The notes under the pieces are model-generated. The model did not search any database. It saw only the letters and a program-made list of their open reading frames with translations, and was not told the origin of the DNA. The translations under genes and the position numbers were made by a program. From the sequence record MK774614.2: a stretch of DNA of 40,000 nt; one strand, written 5' to 3'. Position 1 is the stretch's first letter. Each line of letters opens with the position of its first letter. This document shows positions 33,784-40,000 of this stretch, in pieces. This DNA is from Aeromonas phage CF8.

Positions 33784-34591
33784 TTTAATTAGAACACTAG
33801 GAACAGTTCCAATCAGTGTGGGAACTGCCTTAGCTGTAGAAGCTCTTCAAACTGCTCCTATGCACCGTTTCCAAACGTTCCTCATCAACATCAGGACCTT
33901 GGTACGAAATGCAAGAGAAGCGTACGAGGAGATGCCTAAAGAAGATATCTTGTTTGACGCCGTTAAAGAAGACATGATGGGGATTGCTGATTTCATCGCT
34001 TCTTTAAAGCTAAAGACAATCCTGGATTTAAAGTTCTACTACCCTAGCTATCAAGCGTTACCAAGACTCTTCCCGATGGCTAAGTTAAAAGAAATGGATC
34101 CTGCTAAACTCCTCGGTCCTAAGGAGCAAAACAGACGAGAACAGATTATATTAGATAATAAGGTGATTAAACGCATCTTAAAAGAATTTGAAAAGTTTAT
34201 TGCTCAAGTGGATTCTTCAGTTCCGCAGTTTGGCGGTGATGGATTAATCATTACCCATCACCCCGTTGATTTAGTCACCACTGAAAGTTATACGCGTCTG
34301 CATTTACTGGAATCTCATACTGGAACAATAAAAAACTTTCCATTGTTTAGCACCAAGCTCACTGGCGCAAGTGAAATGCCCAACATGCCATTAAACAAAT
34401 TAACCATTCAGGTGTTTGGTGACAGGGCAACTAACTTTTACTCGCAATCCAGTGCGGTTAAGAATGAAGTAAAACAATTGGCAAATTCAGTGCCTTGGAG
34501 CACTGGTTCATCCGCGTCATTTGTAAGAAGTTCTATTCAGAAATTATCTGGTGACAATCCAGCAAAACCAATTTTACTTAAAATGATTTAA
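33776..34591 (+). CDS. hypothetical protein
   Basis: 271-aa ORF overlapping the phosphoesterase stop. Confidence 0.75.
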   Translation: MSSLIRTLGTVPISVGTALAVEALQTAPMHRFQTFLINIRTLVRNAREAYEEMPKEDILFDAVKEDMMGIADFIASLKLKTILDLKFYYPSYQALPRLFPMAKLKEMDPAKLLGPKEQNRREQIILDNKVIKRILKEFEKFIAQVDSSVPQFGGDGLIITHHPVDLVTTESYTRLHLLESHTGTIKNFPLFSTKLTGASEMPNMPLNKLTIQVFGDRATNFYSQSSAVKNEVKQLANSVPWSTGSSASFVRSSIQKLSGDNPAKPILLKMI

Positions 34592-34605
34592 AGAGGAAAT
34601 TTAAA

Positions 34606-35382
34606 ATGGGTTCTAACAATCAACAAGGTCAATTCCAACGTCGTCCGCAAACTCAGTTCAATGATTATCGTTATCCGATGCCCGCATCTGAAGCCCCTGT
34701 AGATGGTGCCAAGTACCCGGCTCGTTGGACCTGGGAAATGGGGTTGGATGGCAAAATCTATTTCAAAGTGAATGATGGTGTGTTTGGTAAAGACGATCGT
34801 AATGCCAAATCAAAAGAAGTTCACCTGTCCAACATGGATCGAAACGCGCTCTTTCAACTGATGCGTGAAGCATGTGACAATGCACAGTTTACTAAAGCAC
34901 AATACCATGTAAAACAGATCACCTTTGGTCAAGGTGGACGTCTTAACGATCACCCGTCTACTCTGGGTATTTTTACAGTTATTCGTACCCAAGAAGGTAA
35001 GATCCAAGTTGGCTATACCAAAGGCACTTACAAAGTCATGTTTGTCTTTAACTCTCCGTTTGAATCTATCATCATGGTTCAAAAGGACGGCGAAGCTCAC
35101 GAAGACAAAGGTTTGATGTCCCGCGTTTATTGCAAAGCGTTTATTGAATATTCTACTAAGTTCCTGGATCAATACGAATGGGAACAATATAAGCCGCGGG
35201 AACGTAAGGATCAAGGCAATAACAATAATGGTGGTAATAATAACCGTGGCGGTAATGGCGGTTGGAACAACAATCAAGGTGGCGGTAATAACTGGGGTGG
35301 TAACAATAACTCCGGTGGTAATCAAGGTGGTAACCGTAACGCTCCTCCAGCCGACTTTGACGATGATGATATTTCCTTCTGA
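34606..35382 (+). CDS. candidate single-stranded DNA-binding protein (SSB-like)
   Basis: Folded N-terminal part, long N/G-rich linker, acidic tip ADFDDDDISF resembling the SSB C-terminal peptide DFDDDIPF. Confidence 0.55.
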   Translation: MGSNNQQGQFQRRPQTQFNDYRYPMPASEAPVDGAKYPARWTWEMGLDGKIYFKVNDGVFGKDDRNAKSKEVHLSNMDRNALFQLMREACDNAQFTKAQYHVKQITFGQGGRLNDHPSTLGIFTVIRTQEGKIQVGYTKGTYKVMFVFNSPFESIIMVQKDGEAHEDKGLMSRVYCKAFIEYSTKFLDQYEWEQYKPRERKDQGNNNNGGNNNRGGNGGWNNNQGGGNNWGGNNNSGGNQGGNRNAPPADFDDDDISF

Positions 35383-35391
35383 AAGTCTCGA

Positions 35392-35478
35392 GTGTGTCCT
35401 GTATGTGGGACAAAAGGACCAAGGATAACCGAACTTTATCCTAATGGTAAATGTGGCGGTTGTGGATATGAATTTTAA
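35392..35478 (+). CDS. 28-aa zinc-ribbon mini-protein VCPVCGTKGPRITELYPNGKCGGCGYEF
   Basis: Two CxxC knuckles; GTG start, below the ORF-track length cutoff. Confidence 0.45.
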   Translation: MCPVCGTKGPRITELYPNGKCGGCGYEF

Positions 35479-35492
35479 ATAAAGGTAATCAC

Positions 35493-35621
35493 ATGTCGTG
35501 CTGTCCTAAATGTAAAGCCAAAGAAGTAGAAAAGAGTCATCCTCGAACTTACTATAAGTGCGGGAGCTCTGATTACGATCAACGATCAGGAACATTTAAG
35601 CAAGGAAAAGACTGCAAGTAG
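35493..35621 (+). CDS. 42-aa Cys-rich mini-protein MSCCPKCKAKEVEKSHPRTYYKCGSSDYDQRSGTFKQGKDCK
   Basis: AAAGGTAATCAC RBS, CCxxC and C...C; follows the previous mini-ORF. Confidence 0.6.
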   Translation: MSCCPKCKAKEVEKSHPRTYYKCGSSDYDQRSGTFKQGKDCK

Positions 35622-35640
35622 TTGATCTATTTCGTATAAA

Positions 35641-35668
35641 AGCTCAGAAGGGGAATCCCTTCTGAGCT
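35641..35668 (+). terminator. intrinsic terminator
   Basis: AGCTCAGAAGGG-GAAT-CCCTTCTGAGCT followed by CTATTATTTTT. Confidence 0.75.
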
Positions 35669-35690
35669 CTATTATTTTTGCTGCTCCATA

Positions 35691-35715
35691 AATTTTGAAG
35701 TAGATATTATCTACA
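35691..35715 (+). promoter_or_regulatory. AT-rich promoter-like element, class B (TTTTGAAGTAGATATTATCTACAGG)
   Basis: Shares AAGTAGATATTATC with 10478 element. Confidence 0.5.
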
Positions 35716-35738
35716 GGTATATACACAGGAGAATTATT

Positions 35739-37337
35739 ATGCGTTATGATATCACGATGAGTGGTAAGCGTAGAATAGATAGTATCATCGTTTCACATGG
35801 TAATGAAAAGATCGAATTTCGTGGAACAGCAACAGTCAATGGCGGAGATGCCACTCAAGAACTGTTCGAATTCCTAAACGAGTTCTTTGAAGGTTCTAAC
35901 CCTGTTCAGATAGATAAGTTGTTTGATCTCTTTAAACAAGGTAAACGAGTTCTTCAACCCGGTTATTTTGAAGAAGAAGAAACACACGATCTCATGAGCC
36001 TGCGAGCAAGTGGATTGGATTATCAATTCCTGACCGAAAAACTACAAGCTATCATTAAGGAGATGTACGCGATTATTTCTCCTAATGACATTGCTTATGC
36101 TGCATCGGTCACAGGAAGAACAGTTGCACCCAAAGACCTGATGCAAATGGCCTCTCTTGGCGATTACCCAGAAGAGACTACCATTAATAATGAAAAGTAT
36201 TCTGAACTGGTTAAACTGGCTTTTGCTGCCCAGTTAAGTTATCCGCTGGTCCACCAACTTCTTGATCAAATCAACGAAGTCACTGGGAAAGATTACCAGT
36301 ACGCTGTAGCGGGTGGGATGATCTCGCACATTGGTTATCTTCCTGAGATGACTGGTTGGAAGATCATGGATACGTATATCCGTGCCTCCTGTGCCAGACA
36401 AGAAGCACGTCGTAATACATGTTCAGTTGTATCAGATGCGCGTTACGTCGATCACATTGTTAGTAAGGGGTTGTATAATAAACTGTGCTTGTCGTTTATC
36501 CCAAGCAAAGTAAAGGATAAAAACTTAAGCAAAGAGCTGAACAGTTTGGTTGAAGGAGAAATCCGAAAAGATCAAACCGTTAAGTTCACCAGTTTCTCAG
36601 AATCCCGTAAAGGATCTGAAGATCAATCTATTCCAGAAAGTTACCGGATTGCGCAAGCAGTCAATGGAACAGATGAGTCAGCACTTTGCGAGTATTTCTC
36701 TTTTGGTATGTTTAATGAAAAGGATGAACCAATCTATTCTGATTTCTTTAAACACCAAGCAATTGGATTAGGGATCCAAGACCAAGAGCTTGCAGAGAAA
36801 CTGTACAATTCCCTTCCAACGGTGTGGAACTTCCGGTTTACCAATATTCAATATCAACTGCTCCAGTTGGTGTTTGTGGAGGACATCAATTACTACTTGT
36901 ATCCGGCAATGGATTATCGTCAATTGCTGGCGGCGATTTGTTTGGCGCAAGTTAAACTCTTTGAAATGGGGTATGAGCGACTAGCTATTTTGTTGTGCGC
37001 GGTGCGCAATGAAAATGGACCCATGGCGTACATGGCAGATGAGTTCAAACTCAACACCAAAGAGCGTGAAGAGCTCTGCGCATTGTCCTATATGTACGAT
37101 GGTCAGAACACCGCGACCACCGATAACTATATGGTCATTGCCACACAAAGCTTCCTGGATGAATTAGCGGCATCCAGTTGGGAATCCAACATAGAACCTG
37201 GATTACTTGGCGATCGTGTTTTTGTTAATGCGATGTCATCAGGGGATATGTACTTAGTTGATCTGGTTCCGGAAATTAAGAAAGAACTTGTCGACTTCAT
37301 CAAGAAAACTAATTCGATTGAAACTGTAGGAGAATAA
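35739..37337 (+). CDS. hypothetical large core protein
   Basis: 532-aa ORF, CAGGAGAATTATT RBS. Confidence 0.85.
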   Translation: MRYDITMSGKRRIDSIIVSHGNEKIEFRGTATVNGGDATQELFEFLNEFFEGSNPVQIDKLFDLFKQGKRVLQPGYFEEEETHDLMSLRASGLDYQFLTEKLQAIIKEMYAIISPNDIAYAASVTGRTVAPKDLMQMASLGDYPEETTINNEKYSELVKLAFAAQLSYPLVHQLLDQINEVTGKDYQYAVAGGMISHIGYLPEMTGWKIMDTYIRASCARQEARRNTCSVVSDARYVDHIVSKGLYNKLCLSFIPSKVKDKNLSKELNSLVEGEIRKDQTVKFTSFSESRKGSEDQSIPESYRIAQAVNGTDESALCEYFSFGMFNEKDEPIYSDFFKHQAIGLGIQDQELAEKLYNSLPTVWNFRFTNIQYQLLQLVFVEDINYYLYPAMDYRQLLAAICLAQVKLFEMGYERLAILLCAVRNENGPMAYMADEFKLNTKEREELCALSYMYDGQNTATTDNYMVIATQSFLDELAASSWESNIEPGLLGDRVFVNAMSSGDMYLVDLVPEIKKELVDFIKKTNSIETVGE

Positions 37338-37341
37338 GATA

Positions 37342-38874
37342 ATGCAACTTATCAGCGCAAAAGCCGGTCTGACCAACTACTACGTAAACCAAGTTCTGCG
37401 TAACAACCAAGTGGACATGTCCAACAATGTGATCGACAACTTGGTGTCTGAAAACCTTTCGGGTGGTGTTTCTAAAGCAGCATTGATTAATGCCGCTGCA
37501 ATGTCCGGGTGCCTCAACGCGCAAGCCAGTGATTTTGCTAACATTGTGGGTGGGTGGAACGATTCAAAGGGCCTGATGAAACTGGACTTTATTTGCGAAC
37601 AGTCCCCGGTGAATGTTGTCTATATGCACGTCATCGGCTACATTGTCAATAACGATGTGGAAGGTCTCTCTACCAATGCCAAGTTTGTTCCTCAGTTCTC
37701 TTGGAAAACCGAAGAGCTCCAGGTAGGGTCTGGTGATCTTTACAATCCAGTAACCACCAAACGTTCCATTGGGCATCGTGTTGACTATTTGCTTAACGAT
37801 GGTTCTAACAGCAATAAACTGATCGGTCTTCGTCCAACTGACATCATTGAACTGGGGATCAATGAGGCAAATAAGGCAGACATCATCAAACAGATGGAAG
37901 AAGAAGGGCTGGTGGGGATGGCGCCGTCAATGTCAACTGCCAGCAGTGACATTAACCGTTTGGGAGTAGTGGCGTCTCGACGTTCTAACCTAAACCCTTC
38001 TCAGTTTGCCGCAGAAATGCTCAACGCCGGGACAGATTACCAGCACCGTATTCGTAACTATCAAGGTAGTGGGTACGGGGGAGAAGCTGAGCTCTCTATC
38101 GGTGAAGGTATTGATGGCGAACTCTCCATGATCGCCCACGGTACAGGTCAACGTGAACCGGGTATTTTGCGGGATCAATTCTTCAGTGAAATGAATTCTG
38201 CACTGGGACAAGTCCGAATGAACGGTTTTAATGGTTATTCTATCGGAGATCTCATTTATATGTATGAGAACTTCGAAACCATTTTGGATTTGACCTTGTA
38301 CGATAACAGCATGTTCACTCCGGCAGACTTTACCCAAACTGCACAAGTGATGGGGACGTCTTCTATTGGAGAGATCATTGCGCACCAGGTAATGTTCAAC
38401 GTGGCTGACTTGTTAGTTCGTCATGGTCTTGCGGGTGTTTCATTCCGTGGATCCAACTGCGACGGATTTGGGGGAGACGACGATTTCAGTAACGTTATTC
38501 TTCTGCCATACGGTGGTGTTAGTTTGTCTAACGACGATTGGGGACTGGGTCCGAAAGTGGAGAACTTCTGTAATGATCTATCTAACCAGATCTTTGCAAG
38601 ACTCAAGGGTGAGGGGTATAATACCATGACCCCAGTACGTTTCGAAGTGTACGCTGAACTGTTTGGTTCCACCACCATTAACCTTCAGATCGTGGATGAT
38701 GCAAATATCCAGTCTGGGTTCTCAATGGACCAAACCGGTGCAATCGAAGGAATGAAACAATGGGTCTTCCCGACCTTTGCCATTAACAACGCCAGCTCTG
38801 TTGTGGGGACCAGTGACGTTGCGCTGATGAGTGGGGCCAACTTCCTGGATAACATCCGTAACTATTTCTCTTAA
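37342..38874 (+). CDS. hypothetical large core protein
   Basis: 510-aa ORF immediately following, GGAGAATAAGATA RBS. Confidence 0.85.
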   Translation: MQLISAKAGLTNYYVNQVLRNNQVDMSNNVIDNLVSENLSGGVSKAALINAAAMSGCLNAQASDFANIVGGWNDSKGLMKLDFICEQSPVNVVYMHVIGYIVNNDVEGLSTNAKFVPQFSWKTEELQVGSGDLYNPVTTKRSIGHRVDYLLNDGSNSNKLIGLRPTDIIELGINEANKADIIKQMEEEGLVGMAPSMSTASSDINRLGVVASRRSNLNPSQFAAEMLNAGTDYQHRIRNYQGSGYGGEAELSIGEGIDGELSMIAHGTGQREPGILRDQFFSEMNSALGQVRMNGFNGYSIGDLIYMYENFETILDLTLYDNSMFTPADFTQTAQVMGTSSIGEIIAHQVMFNVADLLVRHGLAGVSFRGSNCDGFGGDDDFSNVILLPYGGVSLSNDDWGLGPKVENFCNDLSNQIFARLKGEGYNTMTPVRFEVYAELFGSTTINLQIVDDANIQSGFSMDQTGAIEGMKQWVFPTFAINNASSVVGTSDVALMSGANFLDNIRNYFS

Positions 38875-38923
38875 TCACCCGGCTTACTCTTTAACTCTTT
38901 AACTCTTTTATAGGACAAGAACA

Positions 38924-40000
38924 ATGAACGAATTGAACAAATTGTACGAAGCAATGCTCCTTTCTTGGAACGTCGTGTTTGACAGTGAATACGCGTTGAT
39001 GTTGTCTATGGGTGGACAAGAACATCCGGTTAAAGTGGACGATAAAAAGGTCTATCTGCCAACCGCTGATAACCTGGAAGGGATCACCATGGGGAAAGTG
39101 TTCTTTCACCCAGCATGTGAATCCATCATGTCCAAGGAAACCGAGATCTTTAAGGTTATTCGTAAACTGACCTGTGCAAAGATCTATTCCACGTGGCAGC
39201 CGATTGCACAAGTCCTCTTTGCTGTAGCCGGTAAAAAGACAGGTAAAACGCTGTCTGATAAAATGATCGAAGTATTGGCGCCGTTTAAGAATGCCAGTAA
39301 GGAAGTCAAGCAACAATTGATTGATCTGATCAAAGGTGTCGGTATCACACTGGACAGTAAAGGGATCGATAACCGTCTTATCTCCTTTAACATGAACAAA
39401 GGTGGAAAGGATGAAAACGATCGCCACATTTATTGGACAGCTACTCCCGTTTACCCTTACTACAATGAGCTGTGTAAATTCATGCTCAAGAACCAAGGTG
39501 TCAATGGGGCGGATAAACTGAACTTTAATGGCAGTTCCGTTAGTCGCGATGCATTGATGCTCATGATGCATTTGTTGGAAGTCTGCTTCCCGTCAGCCAG
39601 TGATCCTGAAATGCACAGCTGTTATGTGGTTTCACCCGACGCAGCTCGTCTTACCGCGTACCTGAACTCCTATGTGTTAGTTGCTCGTGGTCTGAACTCC
39701 CTGATCGGTAAACACCGTAAAGAGTTTGATTCAGCGGGTCAATACGGGATTGAAGTAGAGTGGTCAGTGGAACTCGATAACCTGGGTTCCCTGAAAGGCC
39801 TGATCCCGACCCTGGATTACAATAACCATAACGTATCTACCAGCCATGAAGAAACCCAATCTAATAATGGTGTTTATAATGGTGTACTCAATACCGTAGG
39901 TGGTGGGAATAATGGTGGACAACCTCAGTCTCAACGGACTGTTGTTAACCCTCCGATTAAACCTGCTCCCCGTGGTAATGAAACCCACATTGGAACCGAT
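38924..40000 (+). CDS. hypothetical protein, open at window edge
   Basis: Open frame of 359 codons from ATG 38924 (MNELNKLYEAMLLSWNVVFDSEYALM...) to the end of the window, no stop; absent from ORF track because truncated. Confidence 0.85.
   Translation, partial: MNELNKLYEAMLLSWNVVFDSEYALMLSMGGQEHPVKVDDKKVYLPTADNLEGITMGKVFFHPACESIMSKETEIFKVIRKLTCAKIYSTWQPIAQVLFAVAGKKTGKTLSDKMIEVLAPFKNASKEVKQQLIDLIKGVGITLDSKGIDNRLISFNMNKGGKDENDRHIYWTATPVYPYYNELCKFMLKNQGVNGADKLNFNGSSVSRDALMLMMHLLEVCFPSASDPEMHSCYVVSPDAARLTAYLNSYVLVARGLNSLIGKHRKEFDSAGQYGIEVEWSVELDNLGSLKGLIPTLDYNNHNVSTSHEETQSNNGVYNGVLNTVGGGNNGGQPQSQRTVVNPPIKPAPRGNETHIGTD

Noticed and set aside
34810-35325. 171-aa minus-strand ORF and 34925/35144/35156 ORFs overlapping the SSB-like gene
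   Set aside because: Repetitive TTTVIVTTIIVI... translations are by-products of the N/G-rich linker repeat.

Overview
This window reads as the nucleus-forming jumbo phage (phiKZ-like, Chimalliviridae-type) early or core region. Almost every gene is on the + strand. Roughly the first 16 kb is an accessory region: small, divergent, apparently paralogous ORFs, a pectate-lyase-fold tailspike and an HD-domain phosphohydrolase. From about 16.8 kb core-type genes appear: an FtsZ/tubulin-like GTPase (PhuZ candidate), a family-B DNA polymerase fragment carrying motifs B and C, a free-standing HNH endonuclease, a very highly codon-optimised ~615-667 aa protein that is the best candidate for the phage-nucleus shell protein (chimallin/ChmA), an RNA polymerase beta'-like N-terminal gene, a 2H phosphoesterase-like protein (Acb1/anti-CBASS candidate), an SbcD/Mre11-like phosphoesterase and an SSB-like protein ending DDDDISF. 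Most notable observations: (1) a ~439-nt ORF-less group I intron appears to interrupt the RNAP beta' gene inside its catalytic motif (GAD^FDGDQM); (2) the HxT/HxS 2H phosphoesterase candidate resembles Acb1; (3) there are repeated promoter-like cassettes, including a 51-nt near-identical copy pair 24 kb apart, plus a second AT-rich class; (4) the chmA candidate has an 11-codon leader ORF and an internal strong RBS, and the 26-nt RBS/start sequence is identical to one inside another ORF; (5) the DNA polymerase appears split upstream of motif B. All functional calls come from reading motifs by eye; no database search was run.
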